26,796 bases of DNA from Steroidobacteraceae bacterium (GTDB lineage: Bacteria > Pseudomonadota > Gammaproteobacteria > Steroidobacterales > Steroidobacteraceae). The stretch covers positions 1 to 26,796 of the forward strand of contig DATHLO010000053.1 in the NCBI GenBank assembly GCA_035488075.1. The letters run 5' to 3'. The notes beneath the pieces were generated by a model. The model was not told the origin of the DNA. It made no database searches and saw only the letters and a program-made list of their open reading frames with translations. The translations under genes and the position numbers were made by a program. Below are positions 15,774 to 24,967 of this stretch, one piece after another (position 1 is the first letter of the stretch; every line of letters begins with the position of its first letter).

Positions 15774-15800
15774 GGCGCGCGGCGCCGTTGCACCGCGACG

Positions 15801-15835
15801 GCCGCCGCCGCACAGGACTCCGGTGCGGCGGCGGC
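15801..15835. terminator. 13-bp perfect inverted repeat between convergent genes (candidate bidirectional terminator or stabilising hairpin)
   Basis: GCCGCCGCCGCAC (15801-15813), 9-nt loop, GTGCGGCGGCGGC (15823-15835). No U-tract on either side. Confidence 0.55.
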
Positions 15836-15843
15836 TACGGTTA

Positions 15844-16896
15844 CTAGCGTCTGCGGCCGCGCTTGGCGCGGGCGCGCTTCTTCGGACTCGCGCGCCGTGC
15901 ACTCTTGCGCGCGGCCTTCCTGGGCGCGGCCTTGCGCTTGGCAGCCTTGGCTTTCTTGCGCGCGACCTTTTTCTTCGCCGTCTTCTTCTTGGGTGCCGCC
16001 TTCTTCTTGGGTGCCGCCTTCTTCTTCGCAGCCTTCGCGGGCTGCGTCGCTTTCGTCGCTGGCTTCGCGGCGGGCGGTTTCGCGGGGGTCACTGCCAGCG
16101 TCGCTTTCGATGTGGCCGCAGGCTTGGGCGCGCTCATCGTGCGCGGGGCTTCCTGAACGGCGAACGCGCCGCCCTGCGGATCCAGGAACAGCGCGATCCA
16201 GCTGCCACCGGGCACCTCGATCGGTCCATGCAGCAGACGCCCGCCGGCCGCCTTGGCGGAGGCCACGGCCCGGTTGGCATCCGCGACGTGCACGTAACTC
16301 AGCCACGACGGCGGCGTCGAGGGTCCTTGTGTGTTGCAGATACCACCGACGCCTGCGCCGCCGTGCTCGAACAGCTGGTAGACGCCCATGGCGCCCATGT
16401 CGTGGCCGACGCCTTTGCTCCAGCCGAACAGCTGGCCGTAGAAGCGCAGGGCCGCGGCGACGTCCGTGGTCTGAAGTTCATGCCAGGAGAAGGCCCCCTG
16501 CTCCGGGGACGGACCCGGCGGCGGACCGCTCGGGGTGAAGACCGCGAAGGTCGCGCCTTGCGGATCGGCGAGCACCGCGAAGCGTCCGACGTTCGGGATG
16601 TCGGTGGCCGCCTTGCAGATACGCGCGCCCAGGCCCTGGGCCTGCGCGCAGGTGGCATCCACGTTGGGCGTGCCGACATACACGAGCCAGTGCGCCGGCG
16701 TCCCGCTGGCATCGGCCGGCAGCGCCATGAGGCCCCCGACCTGCGTCCCGCCGGCCATGAATATCGTGTAGCCGGGCATATTGGAGGGCTGCGTCCGCCA
16801 CGGCACGACCTTCGGATAGAAGGCGGCGGCGGCGGCCGTGTCAGTCGTCAACAGCTCGTGCCAGATGAATCGTCCACGGACCTCGGCGTTGCTCAT
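15844..16896 (-). CDS. Tandem VOC (glyoxalase/bleomycin-resistance-like) protein with Lys/Ala/Pro-rich C-terminal tail
   Basis: Two repeats of WHELxTTD...AAxxFY...W + HW/WLxYVxV...GG...DPQG[AT]F, then a 97-aa basic low-complexity tail. Confidence 0.9.
   Translation of the reverse strand: MSNAEVRGRFIWHELLTTDTAAAAAFYPKVVPWRTQPSNMPGYTIFMAGGTQVGGLMALPADASGTPAHWLVYVGTPNVDATCAQAQGLGARICKAATDIPNVGRFAVLADPQGATFAVFTPSGPPPGPSPEQGAFSWHELQTTDVAAALRFYGQLFGWSKGVGHDMGAMGVYQLFEHGGAGVGGICNTQGPSTPPSWLSYVHVADANRAVASAKAAGGRLLHGPIEVPGGSWIALFLDPQGGAFAVQEAPRTMSAPKPAATSKATLAVTPAKPPAAKPATKATQPAKAAKKKAAPKKKAAPKKKTAKKKVARKKAKAAKRKAAPRKAARKSARRASPKKRARAKRGRRR
15983..16018. repeat. Perfect 18-bp tandem duplication encoding AAPKKK x2
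   Basis: TTCTTCTTGGGTGCCGCC at 15983-16000 and at 16001-16018. Confidence 0.9.
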
Positions 16897-16966
16897 GGTG
16901 AGACTTCCTCTTGTTGGCGCGCGACCGCTTCGACGATCGGCGCGACATTCTGCCCTGCCCCGCGCG

Positions 16967-17857
16967 TCACTTCCATGATTCGTGCGCCGGTTCGTGCACG
17001 GCGCGCGTGCGCTCGCGCCAGATGAGGTACAAACCGCTCGCGATCACCACCGCGCCCCCGACAAGTACCCGCGTGGAGGGCAGCGTGTGCCAGACGACCC
17101 GATCGATGAGGATGCCCCACAGCAGGGCGGTGTATTCCAGGGGCGCCACCACCGCCGCCGGCGCGGCGCGGAACGCCTCGGTGAGCAGGTAGGAGCCCAC
17201 GGCGGCCAGGGCGCCGAGCGCGATGAGCCAGCGGTAATGCTGCGGTTGCAGCCGCACCCAGTGCGGCAGGGCGAGCGCGGCGCAAAACACGGTCATCAAA
17301 CCGATGGTCCACACCACGACGCTCGCGGTGGTGTCGGTACGCGTGAGCACCCGCACCAGGATGCCACTTACCGCATAGGCAACGGCCGAGATCAGGGCCG
17401 CGAGGGCGCCCAGGGACACCAGTCCCGACACACTCGGACGCAACATGATGAGGACGCCGGCGAGCCCGACGCTGATCGCGACCCAGCCGCGCGCATCGGT
17501 GCGCTCCTTGAGCAGTGGCACGGCGAGCGCGGTCATGATCAGGGGCGCGGACAGGAACACCGCGTAGACGTTCGCAAGACTCAGCGTGCGCACCGCGTAG
17601 ATGAAGCCGCCGAGGACCACGACCGCGAGTGCGCCACGCGCCAGGTGCATGCGGAAGCGCTCAGGTTTGAGCGTGCGCCAGCGCCCGCTGAGCAGCACCG
17701 GCAAGAGCATGAACGGCATGGAGGCCGCGCCGCGCAGCACCGCCACCTCAAGCGGCGGGTAGCTCGCGGACAGAAACTTCAACAGCGCGTCCATCCCGGA
17801 GAACACCGCCACCGCCGCGATCATCGAGACGATCGCGCGAAGCCTGCCGTGGAGCAT
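16967..17857 (-). CDS. DMT superfamily (EamA) transporter
   Basis: About 10 TM segments in two halves, with motifs LSLANVYAVFLSAPL...LLKER and AFRAAPAAVVAPLEYTALLW. Confidence 0.9.
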   Translation of the reverse strand: MLHGRLRAIVSMIAAVAVFSGMDALLKFLSASYPPLEVAVLRGAASMPFMLLPVLLSGRWRTLKPERFRMHLARGALAVVVLGGFIYAVRTLSLANVYAVFLSAPLIMTALAVPLLKERTDARGWVAISVGLAGVLIMLRPSVSGLVSLGALAALISAVAYAVSGILVRVLTRTDTTASVVVWTIGLMTVFCAALALPHWVRLQPQHYRWLIALGALAAVGSYLLTEAFRAAPAAVVAPLEYTALLWGILIDRVVWHTLPSTRVLVGGAVVIASGLYLIWRERTRAVHEPAHESWK

Positions 17858-17861
17858 GGCG

Positions 17862-20513
17862 TCAGCCGGCCGCGTCCGCCTCCGGGGGCGTGCCGACCAC
17901 CGCGTGCGCGGGCTTGCCGGGCGAGCTCAGCGGACGATAGCGGGTGCCGAGCAGGCGCGCCGGCAGCGGGAAGGCGCTGGCGAGGGAGACCACGAGCGAG
18001 GAGGCATACGGCACCGACTGCACCAGCAGCACGATGATCCATGCGAGACGGTCGGGACCGGCGTTCTGCTGCGTGCCGGTGCGGCAGACCCCCCAGGCCG
18101 AGACCAGTAGCCCGATCATCATGAGGCTCTCCTCGCGCGCGGCGGCGAGCGCATGCCACAGGCCGGAGGTCTCGCCTTGCTTGGGCGTGCGGAAGAACGG
18201 CTCGCCCTTGGTGAGCAGGCCCTTGATGGAGGCCATGCCGATGGTGTGCGTGAGCGCAAGGCCTGCGATGGCCGCGGCGAGGGTCTGGCGCACGTTGGCG
18301 CCCACGCGCACGCGGTACAGGTGCACGAGTTTCGCGAGCTTGAAGGTGAAGAGCGACAGCGGCAGCACCGAGTACATGACGAGCGGCGGATCGACACTGC
18401 CGGGGGCCCAGATCATCGCCGCCGACCAGCCGAGCGCTGCGAGGTTGAAGAGCATGTTGCAGCCATCGGCGATCCAGGGCAGCCAGCCGGCGATGAAGTG
18501 ATAGCGCTGACCGGGCGAGAGCGGACCGCCCTCCAGAAACAGCGTACGCGCGTGCGCCTTGAGGATCTGCATCGCCCCGTAGGCCCAGCGGAAGCGCTGC
18601 TTCTTGAAATCGATGAAGGTGTCGGGCATGAGCCCGCGGCCGTAGGTCTCGGGCACGTAGCTCGCATCGTAGCCGTGCTCGAAGATGCGCAGGCCGAGTT
18701 CCGCATCCTCGGTGATGCACCACTCCGCCCAGCCGCACTCATCAAGCTGTGCGCGGCGCACCATGGTCATGGTGCCGTGCTGGATGATGGCGTTGCGCTC
18801 GTTGCGCGTGATCATGCCGATGTGGAAGAAGCCGCGGTATTCGGCGTAGCACATGGCCTTGAAGGCGCTCTGGTGCGCGTCGCGATAATCCTGCGGCGCC
18901 TGCACGATGGCGATGCGCTGATCGTGAAACGCGGGCGTCAGGTCGCGCAGCCATGCCGGCTCGACCACGTAGTCGCTGTCGATCGCGGCGACGATCTTGA
19001 CATCCGGCGCGGTGCGTGCGAGCGCGTAGTTGAGCGCGCCGGCCTTGAAGCCGGCGAGCGGGGCGACGTGGAAGAAACGAAAGCGCGGCCCGAGCTGCCG
19101 GCAATGTGCCTCCACCGGGCGCCAGACGTTCTCGTCCTTGGTGTTGTTATCGATCACCAGCACTTCGAAGTCCGGGTACTCCAGGCGCGCGAGTGCATCG
19201 AGCGTTTCGATCAGCATGGCCGGCGGCTCGTTGTAGGCCGGCACGTGCACGGAAACCTTCGGCGGCGTGACGCTCGGGGTATAAACGGGCGCGCCGAGGC
19301 GGCGGCGGTAGGACACCCAGTGTGCCTCGGCCCACTCGTGCGCCTCGGCGAGCAGCACCAGCAGCACACCGAGCATGCCCAGCAGCAACAGCACGCCTGC
19401 GATCACGCTCGAGACGGTCATGTACTGCTGCGTGAAGTCGTAGATGACCCACACGGCGAGCGTTGCGGCTGCGTACACCACCAGCGCGAGGAAACTGCGG
19501 CCGCGATTGCGCAGCGCCTCGCTGTTGAGGTAAAGCAGCCCGAGCAGCAGCAGCGACACCGCCACCGACACCGCCGCGAGGATGTGCCACTCGGGCACGC
19601 GCACGATCGGCGCGGTGAATTCGAACTTCGGTTTGCGGTTCACGTCATACACGCCCCAGTACGAGCCGACCGCGCCTTCCATGAACGCCTTCCACGGCTG
19701 ATCGAACGCTTCCATGACGTAGTAGGTGATCTGCTCCTTCTGCGCGCGCGCGAGGAAGCGGCGCAGGAACAACGCCTCGTTCGCCTCGGAGGCGACCGCC
19801 GACTCGTGCGTGCGCCCGCGGCTTGGCCAGCCGATTTCCGCCACCACGATCGGTTTGTGCGGGAAGGTCTTCTGCAGGCGCTTGAACTGCGCGAGCGAGT
19901 ACTCGATCGCCTGATCGACCGGCACCCCCTCCCAGTAGGGCAACAGATGCACGCCGATGAAGTCCACGTGCTGCGCCAGCTCCGGGTGCGTGAGCCAGGT
20001 GTTCCAGGTCTCCGCCGTGCCCACCGGCTGCTCGATCGCCGCACGCGCGCGGTCGAGGAATTTTTCGAGCTCATCGAGCGGCAGATCCCCGCGCAGCAGC
20101 ACCTCGTTGCCGATGAACACGCGCACGACGTTCATGTGGTTGGCGGCGAGCCGCACGGCCGTCTGCAGCTGCTGCTCGTTCTTGTCGCGGTGATCATCGA
20201 GCCAGACGCCGATGGCGACGTTCATGTCACGCGCCTCGGCGAGCTCGGGAATATCCGCCAGCGTCCCCTGCACGCTGTAGGTGCGCACCGCGTGCACCTT
20301 GCCCTGCAGCAGTTGTAGGTCCGAGTCGATCTCCTCATCGGTCGGCAGAATGTTGTGGGTCGGATCCTCGTTGGCGCGAAAGGGCGAGAAAGCGAAGCCG
20401 GAGATGACTTTCGGCCACGGCGGCTCCTTCGTCGGCCGATTGAGTAAGGCCCACGCGGCGAAGGTGAGCAGCGCGAACACCGCCGCGATCAGCAGGCTCG
20501 GAATCGTTTTCAC
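17862..20513 (-). CDS. ndvB: NdvB-like (Pseudomonas-type) periplasmic beta-glucan synthase: GH17 domain fused to GT2
   Basis: GH17 with GNE (acid/base) and AEIGWPS (nucleophile), TM segments, then GT2 with PAYNE, IDNN, IDSDY, FKAGALN, TED and QRFRW. GTG start. Confidence 0.87.
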   Translation of the reverse strand: MKTIPSLLIAAVFALLTFAAWALLNRPTKEPPWPKVISGFAFSPFRANEDPTHNILPTDEEIDSDLQLLQGKVHAVRTYSVQGTLADIPELAEARDMNVAIGVWLDDHRDKNEQQLQTAVRLAANHMNVVRVFIGNEVLLRGDLPLDELEKFLDRARAAIEQPVGTAETWNTWLTHPELAQHVDFIGVHLLPYWEGVPVDQAIEYSLAQFKRLQKTFPHKPIVVAEIGWPSRGRTHESAVASEANEALFLRRFLARAQKEQITYYVMEAFDQPWKAFMEGAVGSYWGVYDVNRKPKFEFTAPIVRVPEWHILAAVSVAVSLLLLGLLYLNSEALRNRGRSFLALVVYAAATLAVWVIYDFTQQYMTVSSVIAGVLLLLGMLGVLLVLLAEAHEWAEAHWVSYRRRLGAPVYTPSVTPPKVSVHVPAYNEPPAMLIETLDALARLEYPDFEVLVIDNNTKDENVWRPVEAHCRQLGPRFRFFHVAPLAGFKAGALNYALARTAPDVKIVAAIDSDYVVEPAWLRDLTPAFHDQRIAIVQAPQDYRDAHQSAFKAMCYAEYRGFFHIGMITRNERNAIIQHGTMTMVRRAQLDECGWAEWCITEDAELGLRIFEHGYDASYVPETYGRGLMPDTFIDFKKQRFRWAYGAMQILKAHARTLFLEGGPLSPGQRYHFIAGWLPWIADGCNMLFNLAALGWSAAMIWAPGSVDPPLVMYSVLPLSLFTFKLAKLVHLYRVRVGANVRQTLAAAIAGLALTHTIGMASIKGLLTKGEPFFRTPKQGETSGLWHALAAAREESLMMIGLLVSAWGVCRTGTQQNAGPDRLAWIIVLLVQSVPYASSLVVSLASAFPLPARLLGTRYRPLSSPGKPAHAVVGTPPEADAAG

Positions 20514-20534
20514 GTAATCGCGTGTACCGCCGCG

Positions 20535-20954
20535 CTACCAGCTGCCGCTGTTGGGCATCGACTTCCACGGCTCGGCGGGCGCGAGGGACTCGCCCTTCTG
20601 CAGCAGTTCGATGGAGATGTTGTCCGGGGAGCGCACGAACGCCATGTGGCCGTCGCGCGGTGGCCGCAGAATCGTCACGCCGTGCTCGGCGAGGCGCCGA
20701 CAGGTGGCGTAGATGTCATCGACCGCGTACGCCAGGTGGCCGAAGTTGCGCCCGCCGCCGTAGTTTTCCGGATCCCAGTTGTGGGTGAGCTCCACCTGCG
20801 CGCTCTCATCGCCGGGCGCGGCGAGGAATACCAGCGTGAAGCGCCCGCGCGGGTTCTCCTGGCGCGCGAGTTCCCTAAGTCCGAGCGCGTCGCAGTAGAA
20901 GCGCAGGGAGGCGTCGATGTCGGTGACGCGGACCATGGTGTGCAGATACTTCAT
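20535..20954 (-). CDS. gloA: Lactoylglutathione lyase (glyoxalase I)
   Basis: MKYLHTMVRV, FTLVFL, VELTHNWD, FGHLAY and AFVRSPDNISIELLQ. Start moved to ATG 20954. Confidence 0.9.
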   Translation of the reverse strand: MKYLHTMVRVTDIDASLRFYCDALGLRELARQENPRGRFTLVFLAAPGDESAQVELTHNWDPENYGGGRNFGHLAYAVDDIYATCRRLAEHGVTILRPPRDGHMAFVRSPDNISIELLQKGESLAPAEPWKSMPNSGSW

Positions 20955-20976
20955 GGGAGGCCTCGGGGGGATGAGC

Positions 20977-22977
20977 TTAGTTGTTGTCGCGCGGTGCGAT
21001 GCCAAGCGCGTGCTCGATGCGCGCCGGTTCGTAGAGCTTGCCGCCCTTCATCACCAGTTCCACGTTACGGATATCGGCGATGTGCGTGCTCGGATCGCCG
21101 TTCACCAGGATCAGGTCGGCGAGCTTGCCGGGCGCGAGCACGCCGCGTTCGCCGCTCTGGCCGATCACCTGCGCGGAGGTGAGCGTCGCCATGCGCAGCA
21201 CCTCGGCGGGCGCGATGCCGGCGCGCACATACAGCTCAAGCTCGTGATGCAGTTCATAGCCGGCCACCGAATCGGTGCCCGGGATGAGGGTCACGCCGGC
21301 CTCGTGCAGCGCCTTGATGAGCGCGAGCAGCGCCGGCAGCGCCGCGCGATACGCCGCTTCCTCGCCCGGCGGCACCGCCAGTGCTCCGGAGAGCATGCCG
21401 CGGCGCACCTGGGCCGGCATGCGCGGGGCGATCCTCTCAAGCCCCGGGGTGACCGCCGCCGGGTCGCCGCAGAAGAGTGCCTCGAAGACATTCACGGTCG
21501 GGTCGAGCACTGTGTGCTGGCGGCGCAGGTAGGCGATGAAGGCCTGCACCTGCGGCTGCTCGGGCCCGAACTCGCGCGCGTGCGCGGCGACCGCGGTGAA
21601 GCGGTTCATGTTGCGGGTTTCCTTGACGGTGTCGAAGAGGAAGTCGAGCACGACGAAGTTGATGTGCTGGATCTCATCGGCGCCAGCGGCGACGAACTGC
21701 TCGGCGCTCATGAGCGCGGGCACGTGGCCACTCACGCGCAGGCCGCGCGCGTGCGCTTCATCGGCGATGACCGCAACCAGCGCCGGGGGCACCGAGGAGT
21801 AGATCTTGATCTGTCCGTAGCCGTGCTCGGCGTACCAGTCGACGTCCTTCAGCGCCTCCGCAGCGGAGGCGACGCGCATCTTGGTGGGCCCGGCGTACGG
21901 TCCGGTGCCATCGATGATGCCCGCCTTCCACACGCGCGGCCCAAGCTCGGTCCCGGCGTCAAAGCGCGCCACGCGCTCGAGGAACTCGTCGGTGTCGTTC
22001 GCCATGTCGCGCGCGCTGGTCACGCCGTTGGCGATATCGAGCACCCCGATGTTGTCGCCGAAGTGCTGATGGTTGTCCCACAACCCCGGCATCAGGAAGC
22101 GCCCGTGCGCCTCGATCACTTCGGCGCCCTCGGGCACGGGGATCTCCGCATCCGCGCCGACGCGCACGATGTGCGCCCCGCGCACCAGCACGCTCGTGCC
22201 GGAGGTTACGCTCAGATCGCGCGGATCAAAGAGGCGTGCGTTGCGGATCAGCACCGCGGCGGCGGGCACGTGCGTCTGCTCCTGCGCGAGGCGCGCGAAC
22301 CAGGCGCTGCTCGCCTGCGACTGCGCGGCGAGCAGTTGCGGCAGCAGCGCGTGCGTGCCGGGCGCGAGGACCGAGAACCAGTCCGACACGATCGCCGCCG
22401 TCGCCCCGTCGCGCCGCAGCCAGATCGGCGTCGGCGAGAACTCAAGGCCGCTGATCCGGTACTGGATGAGCTCGGAGGCCGCCCCGTCTGTTGCCAGCGG
22501 GCCGGCCTCCGCGATCGTCGCCTCGCCCGAGGGCAGCAGCGCCAGATGATGCTGCGGCGCCTTGAGCAGTGCGCGCGCGAGCACGCCGAGGAACTCAGGC
22601 GGCGCATTGGCCGGTACGTAGAAGGCGCCCGCCGCAGCCTTCTCACCGTGCTCCACGCGGTTGTGCCAGGAAGCGCGGCCGCCGCTCACGCGGAAGGTCT
22701 CGCTCACCGGCGCCTTCATGTAGTCGCTGCCCTGGCCGCTGTACTCGCTCGGCAGCCCCGACGCATCGAGCACCCAGTGCGCGACGATGTGATCGCCGCG
22801 CCCGCGATCGTTGTAGGAGAACTCCGCGCCCGCCGTCCTACCCTGCGGCGCGGTGAGGGTCTGCGAGCCTGCGGGGTTGCCGAGTATCAGGATCTCATCG
22901 GTGCGCGTTGCGGCGAGGGCTGCGCCGGCGGCGAGCAGGCCGAGCAGGAGCGCGTGGCGGCCGAGCGCAGGGGGCAT
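20977..22977 (-). CDS. Exported metal-dependent amidohydrolase family protein
   Basis: Signal peptide, extra N-terminal domain, then MPGLWDNHQH (HxH), QIKIY, SGHV, QHI, PGTDS and GKLADLILVNGDP. Confidence 0.87.
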   Translation of the reverse strand: MPPALGRHALLLGLLAAGAALAATRTDEILILGNPAGSQTLTAPQGRTAGAEFSYNDRGRGDHIVAHWVLDASGLPSEYSGQGSDYMKAPVSETFRVSGGRASWHNRVEHGEKAAAGAFYVPANAPPEFLGVLARALLKAPQHHLALLPSGEATIAEAGPLATDGAASELIQYRISGLEFSPTPIWLRRDGATAAIVSDWFSVLAPGTHALLPQLLAAQSQASSAWFARLAQEQTHVPAAAVLIRNARLFDPRDLSVTSGTSVLVRGAHIVRVGADAEIPVPEGAEVIEAHGRFLMPGLWDNHQHFGDNIGVLDIANGVTSARDMANDTDEFLERVARFDAGTELGPRVWKAGIIDGTGPYAGPTKMRVASAAEALKDVDWYAEHGYGQIKIYSSVPPALVAVIADEAHARGLRVSGHVPALMSAEQFVAAGADEIQHINFVVLDFLFDTVKETRNMNRFTAVAAHAREFGPEQPQVQAFIAYLRRQHTVLDPTVNVFEALFCGDPAAVTPGLERIAPRMPAQVRRGMLSGALAVPPGEEAAYRAALPALLALIKALHEAGVTLIPGTDSVAGYELHHELELYVRAGIAPAEVLRMATLTSAQVIGQSGERGVLAPGKLADLILVNGDPSTHIADIRNVELVMKGGKLYEPARIEHALGIAPRDNN

Positions 22978-24824
22978 CAGAACATCTCCGCGGGTCCGGG
23001 CGGCTTGATGTCGACCTTGGTGCGCGAGGGAATGAATTCTCCGGTGATCATCTCATCGTAGCTCTGCCCCGGACCCACCATCGGGTAGACACCCGCGTCC
23101 GGGTCGATCATCACTTCGAGGAAGGCCGGGCCCTGGAAGCCCAGGAACTCCGCGATCACCCGCGGCACGTCTTCTTTGCGCTCAAGCCGCGTCGCGTAGC
23201 GGAAACCATCCGCCTGCGCCGCCTTGATGAAGTCCTTCTTGTGCAGCGAGCGATCGCTCGCCGAGAGGCGCCCCTTGAAGAACAGCTTCTGCCACTGCTT
23301 CACCATGCCGTCGCCGAAGTTGTTGAGCACCACCACCTTCACCGGCAGGTCGTAGGTGGTCACGGTCTCCAGCTCCCCGATGTTCATGCGGATGCTCGAG
23401 TCGCCGTCGATGTCGATCACAAGGCGCGCCGGACAGGCGATCTGCGCGCCGATCGCCGCCGGCAGACCAAAGCCCATGGTGCCCATGCTGCCGGAGGTGA
23501 GCCACAGGCGCGGCGCGACGAAGTCGCAGTACTGCGCCGCCCACATCTGATGCTGGCCGACGCCGGTGCAGATGATCGCCTCGCCGCGGGTGTGACGGTT
23601 GATCTCCTCGATCACGTAGTACGGCTGGATCAGCGGGCTCGCGCGATCGTAGTTCATGGCGTACACGCGCTTGAGTTCGGCGAGCTCGGCCGCCCAGGCG
23701 CCAAAGTCGCGGCTGAACTTGACCTCGCGCCCGTGCGCGCTCAATGCCTCAAGAGCGGGGGCGACGAGGCCCACGTGGCTCCACTGCACGCGCTTCACCT
23801 TGTTGACCTCGGCGCGGTCGACGTCCAGGTGCGCGATGCGCACGGCGTTGCGGGCGAACTTCTCCGGCACGCCCGCGACGCGGTCATCGAAGCGCGCGCC
23901 CACCGCGATGAGAAAGTCGCAGTCATCGACCGCGTAGTTGGCAAAGGCCGCGCCGTGCATGCCGAGCATGCGCAGCGCCAGGGGGCGGCTCGTGTCGTAG
24001 GCGCCGATGCCCATGAGCGTGGTCACCACCGGCAGGCCGAAGGTGGTCGCGAAATCCGCGAGCGCCCCGGCCGCGTTGCCGTTGATCACCCCACCGCCCG
24101 CATAGATCAGTGGCCGGCGCGACTCATCGAGCATGGCGAAGAAGCGCGCGGCCGCGGGGGCCTCGAGGGCCGCCTCGGCGAGCTCGCGCATGCGGCGCCG
24201 GTAGCCGGGGATCGGCAAGAGGCCCTCGCCGCGAAAGCTCCCCTCCCAGGTCTGCACGTCCTTGGGGATGTCGATGACCACCGGTCCCGGGCGTCCGGTG
24301 CGGGCGATCTCGAAGGCCGTGCGCACCGTGGATTCGAGTTTTTCCGGATCGGTGACGAGGAAGATGTGCTTGGCGACCGAGCCCATGATCGAAGGCACGG
24401 GCGCTTCCTGGAAGGCATCCGTGCCGATGGAGGCGCGGGGCACTTGGCCGCAAATCACGACAATAGGGGTCGAATCTGCCATGCAGTCGCGCACGGGTGT
24501 AACAGTGTTCGTCGCGCCGGGTCCGGAGGTGACCAGGCACACCCCCACCTGGCCGCTCGCGCGGGCGTAGCCGGCCGCCATGAACCCGGCGCCCTGCTCG
24601 TTGGCCGGCACGATGAGGGGGATGCGGGGCTGACCGAGCTCAGCGGCGGCCTCGTTATAGAGGAATACCGCGTCGTAGGTCGGCAGGATTGCCCCGCCGC
24701 TGTAGCCGAAGATGGCCCGCACGCCCTCATCGGCCAGCACCTGCATGATCATGCGGGCGCCGCTCATGCGCTCGCCGGCGAGCGGGTGGCCCACCGGCCG
24801 GGGCTGGATCACTGTGTCGGTCAT
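22977..24824 (-). CDS. ilvB: Acetolactate synthase (AHAS) large subunit
   Basis: FGYSGGAILP, NEQGAGFMAAGYAR, TSGPGATN, FQEA, GVGQHQMW, SGSMGTMGFGLPAAIG and the ThDP motif DGDSS...NN. Start ATG 24824 is likely. Confidence 0.95.
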   Translation of the reverse strand: MTDTVIQPRPVGHPLAGERMSGARMIMQVLADEGVRAIFGYSGGAILPTYDAVFLYNEAAAELGQPRIPLIVPANEQGAGFMAAGYARASGQVGVCLVTSGPGATNTVTPVRDCMADSTPIVVICGQVPRASIGTDAFQEAPVPSIMGSVAKHIFLVTDPEKLESTVRTAFEIARTGRPGPVVIDIPKDVQTWEGSFRGEGLLPIPGYRRRMRELAEAALEAPAAARFFAMLDESRRPLIYAGGGVINGNAAGALADFATTFGLPVVTTLMGIGAYDTSRPLALRMLGMHGAAFANYAVDDCDFLIAVGARFDDRVAGVPEKFARNAVRIAHLDVDRAEVNKVKRVQWSHVGLVAPALEALSAHGREVKFSRDFGAWAAELAELKRVYAMNYDRASPLIQPYYVIEEINRHTRGEAIICTGVGQHQMWAAQYCDFVAPRLWLTSGSMGTMGFGLPAAIGAQIACPARLVIDIDGDSSIRMNIGELETVTTYDLPVKVVVLNNFGDGMVKQWQKLFFKGRLSASDRSLHKKDFIKAAQADGFRYATRLERKEDVPRVIAEFLGFQGPAFLEVMIDPDAGVYPMVGPGQSYDEMITGEFIPSRTKVDIKPPGPAEMF

Positions 24825-24967
24825 GGGCGCGCTTCTTGGCCTCAAACGCTAAGCCGTTCGAAAAAACTCGAAGGGATGGGCGAGCCTAGCAGCTTGGCCT
24901 GTAGGTGCAAACTTGGCCCGATCCTTTATTCTGCAGCAGTTTCCTGAAGCCTTTCCCTGAAAAGCGC

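Noticed and set aside
15466-15813. Long N-terminal extension of the hydrolase-fold ORF (start 15813), and similar extensions at 1686, 9139, 9390, 21005, 24845 and 24905
   Set aside because: The extensions are Arg/Pro-rich non-coding-like sequence that overlaps other features. Downstream starts coincide with domain beginnings.
18153-24947. Long plus-strand ORFs 18153-20318, 20917-23061 and 22908-24947
   Set aside because: Each fully overlaps a motif-supported minus-strand gene. Stop-poor antisense frames are expected at this GC content.
24825-24967. Branched-chain amino acid attenuator leader upstream of the AHAS genes
   Set aside because: No short Ile/Leu/Val-rich ORF or terminator with U-tract was found on either strand.
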